Shown here: positions 39,128 through 51,667 of the stretch, in pieces
Position numbering within the stretch: the stretch's first letter is position 1
Layout of the letters: each line of letters opens with the position of its first letter
NCBI GenBank assembly: GCA_965228475.1
Contig: OZ245817.1
Location: forward strand, 1,184,001 to 1,248,000
DNA from: Myxococcota bacterium
Lineage (GTDB): Bacteria; Myxococcota_A; UBA9160; JAFDDA01
Length of the DNA: 64,000 nt
Reading direction: 5' to 3'
Made by a program: the position numbers and the translations under genes
Notes under the pieces: generated by a model
The model's input: only the letters and a program-made list of their open reading frames with translations
Told to the model about the DNA's origin: nothing
Databases searched by the model: none

Positions 39128-40069
39128 ATGCAATCCCTTTCGAACGCACCGTCCCTGCTGAACCATCTCGATGCTCCGGTGGTCGTCGCCGACCCGGAGG
39201 GTCGCGTCGTGTTCCTGAACCCGGCCTTCGAGGTCACGTTCCAGACGACGCGCGACCGCTGCGAGGGCCGGGCGCTCGCCGAGCTCTTCGAGGGCGGCGA
39301 CCGCGAGGCCGTGCTCGCCGCCGTCGCAGCGACGTGTCAGCGGGGCCAGTCCGTGCGCTTCCGGATCCGGCACCACGACACCGGCTGTCAGGTGCTCGCT
39401 TCGCCGATCGCCGTCGACGGCCAGCGCGTGGGCTCGGTCCTGCTCCTGACCGAGGACCCGCTCGAGGTGGAAGGACTCCACCGCGTGAAGCGCGAGCTCG
39501 CCCACGGCGCGGACCAGATCAGCGAAGCCCTCGACCATCTCCAGAAGCAGGACTCGGAGCTCTCGGCGGGGGAGCGGGAAGACTGGACCGCGAGCGCCCG
39601 CGGCGCCGTCGCGGACTGCCGCCGTGCGATCGGGAACCTCGGCCGCGTCGCCGACGGCCAGGCGCGCCAGGCCGGCAAGGACGCCCTGATCGACCCGGCC
39701 CGCGTCGCCCGGGATGCCCTGGCCGGCCTCGCCTACGAGATGGCCGAGAGCGGCATCAGCATCGACGCGCTCTTCTCGCCGGACCTGCCGATGGTGAAGG
39801 GCGACGACAAGCGGCTCCAGGAGGCGCTCGAGGCGCTCCTCCGCTCGCGGATGGCCAAGGCTCCGGCCTGGCTCGCCCTCGGCGGGCGGCGCGAGGAGGA
39901 GGAAGGCACGGTCTTCGTGGTGGTCTCCGTGACCGAGCCCGGCCCGGCGGACGGCCCGACCGCGCCGCCCGTGGTGACCGAGATCGTGTCCTCGCTCGGA
40001 GGGCGCGTCGACGTCGAGGCCACGGATTCCGGCGACCGCGTCACCCGCTTGAGGCTCCCGGCCGTCTAG
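39128..40069 (+). CDS. PAS-domain protein with degenerate histidine-kinase-like C-terminus
   Basis: PAS (VVVADPEGRVVFLNPAFE) and a HATPase-like layout (LPMVKGDDKRLQEAL..SLGGRVDVE), without H/N/G boxes. Confidence 0.65.
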   Translation: MQSLSNAPSLLNHLDAPVVVADPEGRVVFLNPAFEVTFQTTRDRCEGRALAELFEGGDREAVLAAVAATCQRGQSVRFRIRHHDTGCQVLASPIAVDGQRVGSVLLLTEDPLEVEGLHRVKRELAHGADQISEALDHLQKQDSELSAGEREDWTASARGAVADCRRAIGNLGRVADGQARQAGKDALIDPARVARDALAGLAYEMAESGISIDALFSPDLPMVKGDDKRLQEALEALLRSRMAKAPAWLALGGRREEEEGTVFVVVSVTEPGPADGPTAPPVVTEIVSSLGGRVDVEATDSGDRVTRLRLPAV

Positions 40070-40171
40070 TTTCCGCGCCCGCGCCCGGGCTGCCCTCCGC
40101 CCACGCCATCGGCGCCGGTCACGCCCGGTCCCCGCTGCGCCGCCCGCAACGCGGAGATACACTCCGCCGCC

Positions 40172-41374
<1,203 letters not shown>

Positions 41375-41384
41375 CTCGCGCGGG

Positions 41385-42833
41385 TCAGTCCTTGGTCGCC
41401 AGGAACTGCAAGAGCGACGGCAGACACAGCTTCATGACGTCCGCCTCGGGCGCGATCTCCTGCGCGAGGCCGAAGACGTAGGTCATCGTTCGCGCGTAGA
41501 GCAGAAGATCGTTCGGGAGCTGCACGCCGGGGGTTTCCTGGAGGAGCGCCTTGGCCTCGTCCTTCAGGCCGAGCACCTGCGCGCCGCCGAGGCCGAGCGG
41601 CGCGCCTTCGCCTGCGAGGCGTTCGAACATCTTCCCGACGGCGGCCTCGACCGCGGCCTCCGAGCCCGGAGCGATCATCTCCATGCGCCGCATGCCCGCG
41701 ACGAACTCCTCCGGGTTGCGCTGGAGAAGGGCGTACATGGCTTGGCGGATCTCGCTGCGCAGGGCCGGGTCGAGCCGGCGTGAGAGGCCGAAGTCGATGA
41801 AGAGCACGCGGGGCTTCTCGGCGGCCGAGGGCTCGTCGAGCACGAAGAGGTTCCCGGGGTGCGGGTCGGCGTGGAAGAGGCCGTCGACGAAGACCTGCTT
41901 CGCGTAGGCGCGGGCGACGAGGCCCACGACGTCGGCGCCCGAGACGCCGAGACGTTCGAGCGCCGCCGCGTCGGTCACCGGCACGCACGGGTGGTAGGTC
42001 ACGGTGAGGACGCGCGCGGTCGAGAGATCGTCGTGCACCTCCGGCACCACGATCTGGGCCTCGCTCGCGAGGTTCTCCGCGATCGCCCGGGCGCTCGCGG
42101 CCTCGCGCTCGAAGTCGATCTCCTCGGCCATGCCGCGGGCGAACTCGCCGAAGAGCCGCTCGGCGTCGAAGCGGCGGCCCCCGCCCGAGAGCCGCCGCAG
42201 CAGGAAGCGCAGCCAGAAGAGGTCCGCCGGCAGCGAGCGGGCGAGCCAGGGGTACTGGACCTTCACGGCGACGGGCGTCCCGTCGAGCCGCGTGGCGCGG
42301 TGCACCTGGCCGATCGACGCTGCGCCGAGCGGCTCGGCTTCGAACGTCGAGAAGTGGGCCTCGAGGGGCGCGCCGAGCTCCTGCTCCACCGCGCGCCGGA
42401 CTTCGGGCAGGGGCTGCGGCGGGACGCGGTCCCGCAGGGAGGCCACCAGCGGCTGGGCCTCGGCGGGCAGCAGGTCGAGGCGGACGGCGGCGAACTGCCC
42501 GGCCTTCACGAAGGCGCCCTTGAGCTTGCCCGCGGTGGCGACGGCCAGGGCCACGGCCCGCACCCGCCGTCTTCGCCGGACTTCCTCCGCCCCGAGCCCG
42601 GGCCGCCAGCTCGTGACCCAGCCGAGGGCGATCCGGCACCCGAGCCACAGGAGATGGGCGCCCTGGTAGAACCCCGTCTCGCGCGCGAGCCCCCGGAGCG
42701 TGAATCGGGCCCGGGAGTGGCGGCGTCCAACCTCCTGAACGCCCGCTTTCGGCTCCAGGGGGGCAGAGATCTGTTCCCCGGCCACGGGGGTCGGGTCGGA
42801 GGTGACCGGCGGCTGGGATCGTTCTTGGGGCAT
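41385..42833 (-). CDS. ABC1/AarF/UbiB family atypical kinase
   Basis: Motifs KAGQ, AASIGQVH, VAVKVQYP, FHADPHPGN and IDFG. It forms the C-terminal part of the 1452-aa track ORF; ATG at 42833. Confidence 0.9.
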   Translation of the reverse strand: MPQERSQPPVTSDPTPVAGEQISAPLEPKAGVQEVGRRHSRARFTLRGLARETGFYQGAHLLWLGCRIALGWVTSWRPGLGAEEVRRRRRVRAVALAVATAGKLKGAFVKAGQFAAVRLDLLPAEAQPLVASLRDRVPPQPLPEVRRAVEQELGAPLEAHFSTFEAEPLGAASIGQVHRATRLDGTPVAVKVQYPWLARSLPADLFWLRFLLRRLSGGGRRFDAERLFGEFARGMAEEIDFEREAASARAIAENLASEAQIVVPEVHDDLSTARVLTVTYHPCVPVTDAAALERLGVSGADVVGLVARAYAKQVFVDGLFHADPHPGNLFVLDEPSAAEKPRVLFIDFGLSRRLDPALRSEIRQAMYALLQRNPEEFVAGMRRMEMIAPGSEAAVEAAVGKMFERLAGEGAPLGLGGAQVLGLKDEAKALLQETPGVQLPNDLLLYARTMTYVFGLAQEIAPEADVMKLCLPSLLQFLATKD

Positions 42834-42923
42834 GGCGTCCCGAGGAGATTCCCGCGGCGGGTCCGCGGGGCCAAAGCGCTTCTCGCGCAAGGGTTTAGGG
42901 ACCGTATCGCGCTCGTTCCTTGC

Positions 42924-42953
42924 TTGACAAGGCAAGCCCCGCTGATTTAGAAG
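42924..42953 (+). promoter_or_regulatory. Candidate sigma70 promoter
   Basis: Perfect TTGACA at 42924-42929, then TTAGAA/TAGAAG at 17-18 bp spacing. It is overlapped by the inverted repeat CTTGC..GCAAG. Confidence 0.5.
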
Positions 42954-43063
42954 GGGAGTCGCCGCGCACACTTGGGCCGGCGTCTTGCGGGGAGGGCGCA
43001 CGAGTCGGGGCCGTCGAGAGACGGCGTTGGGCTCGGCGTCGTCGGGTGCACGCGGCCTCCCTT
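42951..43063 (+). ncRNA. Candidate structured RNA / 5' leader
   Basis: Nested complementarity: outer GGGAG..GCCGCG / CGCGGC-CTCCC, middle CGAGTC/GGCTCG, inner GCCGTC-GAGA-GACGGC. Confidence 0.35.
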
Positions 43064-43229
43064 TGATTGGACGTTTGCGAGAGAACGCCAGCAGAGCACG
43101 AACAGCGCACGGACAGCGCAGCAACCGCGGGACGGGTTCCGGTCGGCCATGGGTCGGCGCCGCGCCGCAGCACGGATCGTCGGCCATATTGTAGGTGGCC
43201 CGACAATCCAACATGAATCGGAGGTCTCC

Positions 43230-44552
43230 ATGTTCTCTTCCCGGATCCGAACCACCTCGCTCGTAGGTGCGTTCCTCGTCCTGGTGAGCTTCACCCCGGC
43301 CGGCGCTCAGGAAGACGCCGGCGTTGCCGGCCCGTCCTTCAAGGAAGGCGACGTGATCGGCTTCGACAAGATCGACTCCCTGCGGAAGTTCCTGCCGCCC
43401 GAGTTCTGGGCGAACCGCGACTTCTTCTTCTACGAGGGAATGCGCCTGCAGATCGGGCCGTTCCATCGCGACTACAAGCCGGCCGCCGAGTACCAGGCCG
43501 CCACGGCGAAGTTCAAGGGCCAGGCCAAGATCGGGCCGGACAACAGCCTCGAGAACTACACCGCCGGCCAGCCCTTCCCCATGGACGAGATCGACTGCAA
43601 GGGCGACCCGGACGCCGGCACGAAGATCATGTGGAACTTCGACTACCAGTGGGACGGCGACGGCTCGGACACCAAGTACTTCTACTCGTACTGGGACCGC
43701 GGCGAGCAGCTTCCGCTCTACTACGAGGGTACGTCGAAGACCGTGCAGCTCGCGCACCGCTCGGAGCCGCAGTACCTCGAGAAGAACGGCGGCGACATCT
43801 TCCGCGGTGAGAAGCGCAAGCTGGCCTTCGGCATCGAGGTGAACGCGCCCTTCGACGCCCGCGGCATCAACGTCATGACCTACCGCTACAAGAGCTCGGA
43901 CTCGCCCCAGGCCCAGGCCAAGAACGACGACACCTGGGTGTACGTCCCGACGCTGCGCCGCGTGCGCCGCATCTCCTCGGCCCAGCGCACGGACGCGGTC
44001 TCGGGCACGGACTTCACGTTCGACGATCTGCGCTCCTTCGCCGGCATCGTCCCGCAGTACACGTGGCAGTGCCTCGGCGAGATGGACATCCTGGCGCCGA
44101 TGAACAGCCAGGTGAAGGCGTACCCCTACTCGAAGGACCACAACTTCGGGCCCTACGGCCTGTCCTACGCGGACGACCAGTGGGAGCTGCGCCGCACGGT
44201 GAAGGTCCGGATGACGCCGAAGAGTGCGGACCACCCGTATCACCACAAGGATCTCTACATCGACAAGGAGACCCTCACCGCCCACTACTCCTTCGCCTAC
44301 GACCAGAAGGAAGAGCTGTGGAAGATCATCTGGCACAACAAGCGCTGGAGTGAGGACGACTCGAGCTACTACCCCGGCTGGGACGGCATCGAGAAGCCGC
44401 GCGACCTCAAGGTCGTGAGCGACACGATCGTCAACGTCCAGACCGGTACGGGGAACCGCATCGAGTTCTGGGACAACCACGGTGTGCCCTACAAGAGCAA
44501 GGGCAAGGTTCGCCGCTACATCGACGTCGGCCGCCTGACCAAGGGCCGCTAG
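43230..44552 (+). CDS. DUF1329 family periplasmic protein (LolA-like fold region)
   Basis: GGAGG RBS, signal peptide, NYTAGQPFP, G.KIMWN, and WVYVPTLRRVRRIS typical of DUF1329. Confidence 0.85.
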   Translation: MFSSRIRTTSLVGAFLVLVSFTPAGAQEDAGVAGPSFKEGDVIGFDKIDSLRKFLPPEFWANRDFFFYEGMRLQIGPFHRDYKPAAEYQAATAKFKGQAKIGPDNSLENYTAGQPFPMDEIDCKGDPDAGTKIMWNFDYQWDGDGSDTKYFYSYWDRGEQLPLYYEGTSKTVQLAHRSEPQYLEKNGGDIFRGEKRKLAFGIEVNAPFDARGINVMTYRYKSSDSPQAQAKNDDTWVYVPTLRRVRRISSAQRTDAVSGTDFTFDDLRSFAGIVPQYTWQCLGEMDILAPMNSQVKAYPYSKDHNFGPYGLSYADDQWELRRTVKVRMTPKSADHPYHHKDLYIDKETLTAHYSFAYDQKEELWKIIWHNKRWSEDDSSYYPGWDGIEKPRDLKVVSDTIVNVQTGTGNRIEFWDNHGVPYKSKGKVRRYIDVGRLTKGR

Positions 44553-44568
44553 CGGCAAGCGCAAACGA

Positions 44569-44605
44569 GAATCGCCAGCGGCTCGCCATGGGCCGCTGGC
44601 GATTC
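44569..44605. other. 14-bp perfect intergenic hairpin
   Basis: GAATCGCCAGCGGC / GCCGCTGGCGATTC between DUF1329 and the YCF48-like gene; no U-tract. Confidence 0.75.
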
Positions 44606-44648
44606 GTCCCTGAGCGTTCGAAGCATCGAACGAGAGAAGGATGACTTC

Positions 44649-46121
44649 ATGACCTGGCTTCGGTCCCTCCTGGCCGCTTCCGTCGTTTTCGCCGTGGGAT
44701 GTCACGTCCCGGATTACAGCCCGCGCTTCGGGCCCGACGAGATCGCCATCTACGACGATCTGTTCGCGGTCTCGACGCCGAACGGCGAGCACGTCGTGGC
44801 CGTCGGGTTCTTCGGCACGGTCTACGTCTCGAAGGACGGCGGCACCACCTGGGACAAGGCCGAGAGCGGGACGCAGAAGTCGCTCTACGACGTTTCCATG
44901 GCCGACCCGCGGCGCGGCTGGGTCGTCGGCCAGCGCGGGCTGATCCTGCGCACCGAAGACGGCGGCATGACCTGGACGCAGCAGGACAACGCCAAGCTCG
45001 AGCAGGGCTCCCAGCTCTTCGCCGTGCACGCCATCGACGCCAACACCGCCTGGGTGGTCGGCGAGTGGGGCACGCGGCTGTTCACCGACGACGGCGGCAA
45101 CACCTGGCAGGACCGGTCGATGACCATCGACGAGACCCACCCGCGCTTCGTGTGGCTCGCGCCGGTGGAGCAGGAAGCGGTTCGCAACGGCGAGAAGGTC
45201 TTCGAGGACGTCGGTCTGAACGACGTCTTCTGCGCGCCGGCGCCGAGCAAGAACTGCTGGCTGATCGGCGAGTTCGGCTACGTCTTCCGCTCCGAGAACC
45301 TCGGGCTCTCGTGGGAGCGGGCCGAGATCCGCGGCAAGATCTCGACCGACCCGGTGCAGCTCCCGTACAACACCACCGACATCGCGGAAGAAGACCGCGA
45401 GCGGCTCACGGCCTTCGCCAAGGAGATCGTGGACCAGAACCACCTGAACATCGACATCGAGCCCGTCGCCCTGGCCAAGGAAGTGAAGACCTTCGGCAAG
45501 GAGGACGACCCCTTCGAGCTGTTCGAAGTGCTCGATGCCCGCACGCTGAACGTGCGCGAGGTGCTCGAGGGCGCCGGGATTCTCTCGGACCGCATCCGCG
45601 TCCGGAACGGCCCGCCCTGGGACTACGAGGACTTCCTCGAGGACGACCCGGAGTTCCTGCGCCGCTATCTCGACGGCCGCACGAGCGATTTCGCCGGCAT
45701 GCACGTGCGCGTCGCCCAGAACCCGTACCTCTTCAAGATCCACTTCCAGGACGAGAACACGGGCTTCATCTCCGGCCTGGGTGGCGTGATCCTGAAGTCC
45801 GAGGACGGCGGCAGCACGTGGACCTACCGCCAGACGGACCGCAAGCAGGCGCTCTTCTCCGTGGCGAACTCGAACGACCGCATCCTGGCGATCGGCGAGA
45901 AGGGCCTCGTCCAGGCTTCGACCGACGGCGGCGAGACCTGGAGCCAGCCCGACCGCGGCTTCCCGACGATGTTCACGTTCAGCCGGAACGTGACCTTCGC
46001 TCCGAACGGGACGCGCGGGTTCATCGTCGGGCAGGGCGGGAAGATCCTGCGCTCCGAGGATGGCGGCGCGAACTGGGACTACGTCCTGCCGCCCGAGACC
46101 CGGCGCGTCGCCGGCAACTAG
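44649..46121 (+). CDS. YCF48-related BNR/Asp-box repeat lipoprotein
   Basis: Lipobox AVGC and repeated S/T-x-DGG-x-TW boxes. Confidence 0.85.
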   Translation: MTWLRSLLAASVVFAVGCHVPDYSPRFGPDEIAIYDDLFAVSTPNGEHVVAVGFFGTVYVSKDGGTTWDKAESGTQKSLYDVSMADPRRGWVVGQRGLILRTEDGGMTWTQQDNAKLEQGSQLFAVHAIDANTAWVVGEWGTRLFTDDGGNTWQDRSMTIDETHPRFVWLAPVEQEAVRNGEKVFEDVGLNDVFCAPAPSKNCWLIGEFGYVFRSENLGLSWERAEIRGKISTDPVQLPYNTTDIAEEDRERLTAFAKEIVDQNHLNIDIEPVALAKEVKTFGKEDDPFELFEVLDARTLNVREVLEGAGILSDRIRVRNGPPWDYEDFLEDDPEFLRRYLDGRTSDFAGMHVRVAQNPYLFKIHFQDENTGFISGLGGVILKSEDGGSTWTYRQTDRKQALFSVANSNDRILAIGEKGLVQASTDGGETWSQPDRGFPTMFTFSRNVTFAPNGTRGFIVGQGGKILRSEDGGANWDYVLPPETRRVAGN

Positions 46122-46169
46122 GGCCCGGCGCCAGCGCGCGCGCCGTTTCTTCGCGCCCGTCGAGCTCCG

Positions 46170-47798
46170 TCAGTCCTGACGGAGCTCGACGCGGCGGATC
46201 TTGCCGCTCACGGTCTTCGGCAGGCTCGCGACGAACTCGATCTGGCGCGGGTACTTGTAGGGCGCCGTCACCTGCTTCACGTGATCCTGGAGCTTCCGCG
46301 CGAGGGCGTCTCCGCCCTCCGCGCCCGCTCGCAGGACGACGAAGGCCTTCACGACGTGGCCGCGGTCCGGGTCCGGCGCGGCCACCGCGGCGGCTTCCAC
46401 CACGTCCGGGTGTTCGAGCAGCGCGCTCTCGACCTCGAACGGCCCGATCCGGTAGCCCGCCGAGATGATCACGTCGTCGGCGCGCGCCATGAACCAGAAG
46501 TAGCCGTCCTCGTCGCGCTGGGCGCGGTCGCCCGTCACGTACCAGGGCGCATCCGGCTGGCCCGGCCGCTCGCGCCGGCAGCGGGCGCTGGCTTCGGGAT
46601 CCTTCCAATACTCGCGGAAGAGCGACGGCGGGTCGCCGCCGATCGCGATGTCGCCCGCCTCGCCGGGCGGGAGGATCTCGCCGGCTTCGTCGATGATCTC
46701 GACCTCGTGCCCGGGCGTCGCGAGGCCCATCGAGCCCGGCCGGACCGGAATGCCCGGCAGGTTCCCGACCAGCAGGATCGATTCCGTCTGCCCGTAGCCG
46801 TCGCGCACGACGAGCCCGGTGGACTCCTGCCAGGCGCGGATGACCTCGGGGTTCAGGGGCTCGCCGGCGGAGACGCACTCGCGCAGGCCCGGCACCGAGA
46901 AGCCCGAGAGGTCCTCCTTCACGAGCAGCCGGTACTCCGTCGGCGGAGCGCAGAAGACGTCCGGGGCGAACTCGGCGAGCAGCTCGAGCTCGCGCGCCGG
47001 CTCGAAGCGGCCCTCGTACATGCAGACCTCGGCGCCGACGGCCCAGGGGCCGAAGAGCACGCTGTAGGCGGCCTTGGCCCAGCCCGTGTCGCTCGTCGTC
47101 CAGATGCGCTGGCCGCGCTCGAGCCCGAGCCAGGCCTCGGCGGTGAGGCGCTGGGTGTGGGTGTAGCCGTGGGCGTGGAGGACGGCCTTCGGCGGGCCCG
47201 TGGTCCCGGAGGTGTAGTAGACGAGGGCCGGATCCTCGGCGCCCGTGTCCACGCAGGAGAACCCGCTCCCGGCGGCGGCGCAGTCGGCCTCGAGGTTCCG
47301 CCAGCCCGGAGCGTCTCCCGCCACGAGCCAGGTGTCGCGGACGCTCGCGAGTTCGCCGCGGACTTCGTCGACCAGCGGGGCGAGGGCCTCGTTCGTCACG
47401 ATCGCGACGGCGCCGCTGTGGCCCACGCGATAGAGCAGATCCTTCGGCCGGAGGATCGTCGAGCAGGGGATGACGAGGGCGCCGGCCTTCAGGGCGCCGA
47501 CCATGACCAGGTGCCACTCGGGCACCTTCGGGAGCATCACGATCACGGGATCTCCGGCGGAGACGCCCCGGGCGGCCAGGGCGGCGGCGACCCGGTCCGA
47601 GGCCTCCCGGACCTCGGAGAAGCGGAGCCTGCGCTCCGCGCCCTCGGCGCCCTTCCACCAGAGGGCCGACCCGTCGCCCTCCTCGGCATGCCGATCGACG
47701 ACGTCGCGCCCGAAGTTGAAGCGGGCGGGGACGTCGAAGCGGAACGCCCGGCAGCGCTCCGCGTACCGGGCCAGGGTCTCCGCAAGCTCGCTGCTCAT
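46170..47798 (-). CDS. Acyl-CoA synthetase (AMP-forming, medium-chain ACSM-like)
   Basis: Motifs YTSGTTGPPK, DGYGQTE, TGD, RADDVIISAGYRIGPFEVE and LPKTVSGKIRR. Confidence 0.92.
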   Translation of the reverse strand: MSSELAETLARYAERCRAFRFDVPARFNFGRDVVDRHAEEGDGSALWWKGAEGAERRLRFSEVREASDRVAAALAARGVSAGDPVIVMLPKVPEWHLVMVGALKAGALVIPCSTILRPKDLLYRVGHSGAVAIVTNEALAPLVDEVRGELASVRDTWLVAGDAPGWRNLEADCAAAGSGFSCVDTGAEDPALVYYTSGTTGPPKAVLHAHGYTHTQRLTAEAWLGLERGQRIWTTSDTGWAKAAYSVLFGPWAVGAEVCMYEGRFEPARELELLAEFAPDVFCAPPTEYRLLVKEDLSGFSVPGLRECVSAGEPLNPEVIRAWQESTGLVVRDGYGQTESILLVGNLPGIPVRPGSMGLATPGHEVEIIDEAGEILPPGEAGDIAIGGDPPSLFREYWKDPEASARCRRERPGQPDAPWYVTGDRAQRDEDGYFWFMARADDVIISAGYRIGPFEVESALLEHPDVVEAAAVAAPDPDRGHVVKAFVVLRAGAEGGDALARKLQDHVKQVTAPYKYPRQIEFVASLPKTVSGKIRRVELRQD

Positions 47799-47884
47799 GG
47801 CTCCTCCGGCGGCTTCTCGGGGTTTCGCCTCAAGGGCCCCCCATCGAAGGCCGATGAACATAGCGGGGAGGTGCGCCAGGGGGC

Positions 47885-49309
47885 ATGGTGGAAGCAGGGA
47901 GGCCCGCAAGGGTCCTGATCGTCGACGACAAGCGGGCCGACCGCGAACTCGCTCGCGCCGCCCTCGAGGGCATGGCGCGCGTGGACTGCGTGCGCGGCGC
48001 CGACGAGGCGCTCGAAGCCCTGAAGGACGGAGGCGCGGACCTGCTGATCGCGGACCTCTCGCTGCGCGGCACGAACGGCCTCGACCTGCTCGCGAAGGTC
48101 CGGCGCGAACACCCGAGCACCGACGTCCTGATCGTCACGACCAACGCCTCCGTCGACAGCGCCGTCGGCGCCCTGCGCATGGGCGCGGCCGATTACCTGC
48201 GAAAGCCCGTGACCAGCGAGGAGCTCTCCCTCGCCGTCGACCGCGTGCTCGCGAAGCGCCGCCTGCTCGAGGAGAACGTCCGCCTGCGCGACGCGCTCCA
48301 GACCGTCGAGTCCTGCAAGGCCCTGATCGACTGCCTCGACCCGGGGGAGGTCTACACCGTCTCGCTCGAGCTCCTGCTGCACGCCGTGTGGCGCAAGCGC
48401 GGCCTGGCCGTCTTCAACCGCTCCTATCAGTCGATGCCGGACTCCGCGGCCTTCCGCGGGTTCAGCGAGTCCCAGGCCGTGAAGCTCCGGCAGCTCCTCA
48501 TCGACGAGAAGCCCGTTTCGCTCGCGACGATCCCGGAGATCGACGAGTGGACCTCCGGCGCGCTGTTCGAGGCCTTCGCCCAGGCCGGCGTCGAGACCGA
48601 CCGCGTGCTCACCGTCCCCGTGCGCGGGCAGGAGAGCGACGCCGGCGTGCTCTGGGTGCTCGGCGACGGCGACCCCTTCGAGGACAGCGACTTCGAGCGC
48701 GCCATGATCGTGGCGGGCCACGCCGCGGCCTCCCTCGACAACGCCGTCCGCTACAGCCAGGCCAAGGCCAAGGCCTTCGTCGACGACGTCACCGAACTCC
48801 ACAACGCGCGCTACCTGCACCACCAGATCGAGCACGAGCTCCGCCGCGCGGAGCGCTACTCGAAGCCGACCTCGATCCTCTTCCTCGACCTCGACCACTT
48901 CAAGCAGGTGAACGACGCGGCGGGCCACCTGGTCGGCTCCGGGGCGCTGAAGGCCCTCGGCCGCGTGCTCTCCTCGTGCGTTCGCGACGTGGACACCGTC
49001 GCCCGCTACGGCGGCGACGAGTTCACGATCATCCTCGCCGACACGCCGCTTTCGACCGCCATGACCGTCGCCGAGCGCATCCGCGCCACCGTCGAGGCCA
49101 CGGAGTTCGACGGCGGGCGGGTCGGCCCGCTCGACCTCTCGGTCTGCATCGGCGTGGCCGAGTTCCCCTCCCACGGCGCGACGCGCGAGGACCTGCTCGG
49201 CGCGGCGGACAAGGCCATGTATCGGGCCAAGTCCCTGGGCCGAAACCGCGTTTGCTCCGCCGACGACCTCCCGCCCGGCGAGGACGGCCCCGAAGCCCCC
49301 GACGCTTGA
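47885..49309 (+). CDS. Diguanylate cyclase with REC and GAF-like domains
   Basis: REC domain, DLDHFKQVND, I-site RDVD and intact RYGGDEF. Confidence 0.92.
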   Translation: MVEAGRPARVLIVDDKRADRELARAALEGMARVDCVRGADEALEALKDGGADLLIADLSLRGTNGLDLLAKVRREHPSTDVLIVTTNASVDSAVGALRMGAADYLRKPVTSEELSLAVDRVLAKRRLLEENVRLRDALQTVESCKALIDCLDPGEVYTVSLELLLHAVWRKRGLAVFNRSYQSMPDSAAFRGFSESQAVKLRQLLIDEKPVSLATIPEIDEWTSGALFEAFAQAGVETDRVLTVPVRGQESDAGVLWVLGDGDPFEDSDFERAMIVAGHAAASLDNAVRYSQAKAKAFVDDVTELHNARYLHHQIEHELRRAERYSKPTSILFLDLDHFKQVNDAAGHLVGSGALKALGRVLSSCVRDVDTVARYGGDEFTIILADTPLSTAMTVAERIRATVEATEFDGGRVGPLDLSVCIGVAEFPSHGATREDLLGAADKAMYRAKSLGRNRVCSADDLPPGEDGPEAPDA

Positions 49310-49402
49310 CGCGACGGCGGCCCCTGCGCTAACCAACCTGCTGATTTTCAAGGCGTTTCTCGGCTGCCGTCCACCGCCTGCGGCGCCCAGGAGACTTCGG
49401 CC

Positions 49403-51216
<1,814 letters not shown>

Positions 51217-51217
<1 letters not shown>

Positions 51218-51594
51218 TGAAGCGGGCAATCGCATGGGCTCTCGCCCTGGCCACGAGCGTCGTCGCGGGGAACACCATCGCGGGAGAGAACGCCGGCGAG
51301 ACCTACACCGTCCGCCGCGGACAGACCCTCACGATGATCTCCGACGACGTGCTCGGGGACCCGCAGCTCTGGCCCGCGATCTATCGCGCGAACCGCGATC
51401 AGATCAAGGACCCGAAGGTGCTCCACGTCGGCCAGAAGCTCGAGATCCCGGCCGTTCCGGCCGACCCGGCCGTGCGCAACCGCATCCGCGAGGAGGCGGT
51501 GGCGTGGGTCGCACCGCCGCAGAAACCCGCCGGCCCCGACGTCGCCGCCGCCCCGCCGAAGCCGGGCGAGACCGCATCCTCCACCACCGAGTGA
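51217..51594 (+). CDS. Small secreted LysM protein
   Basis: Signal peptide and YTVRRGQTL..WPAIYRANRDQIKDP..GQKLEIP. Confidence 0.85.
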
Positions 51595-51667
51595 GGGGCG
51601 AGGACCGGATCCTCTGAGCGGCCCGGGCACCACGCCCCCGCCGCCGCTTTCCACCGATCCCTTCGAC

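Noticed and set aside
42834..45743. N-terminal 970 codons of the 1452-aa minus-strand ORF
   Set aside because: Antisense shadow of the DUF1329 and YCF48 genes; only the last part (41385-42833) has ABC1 kinase motifs.
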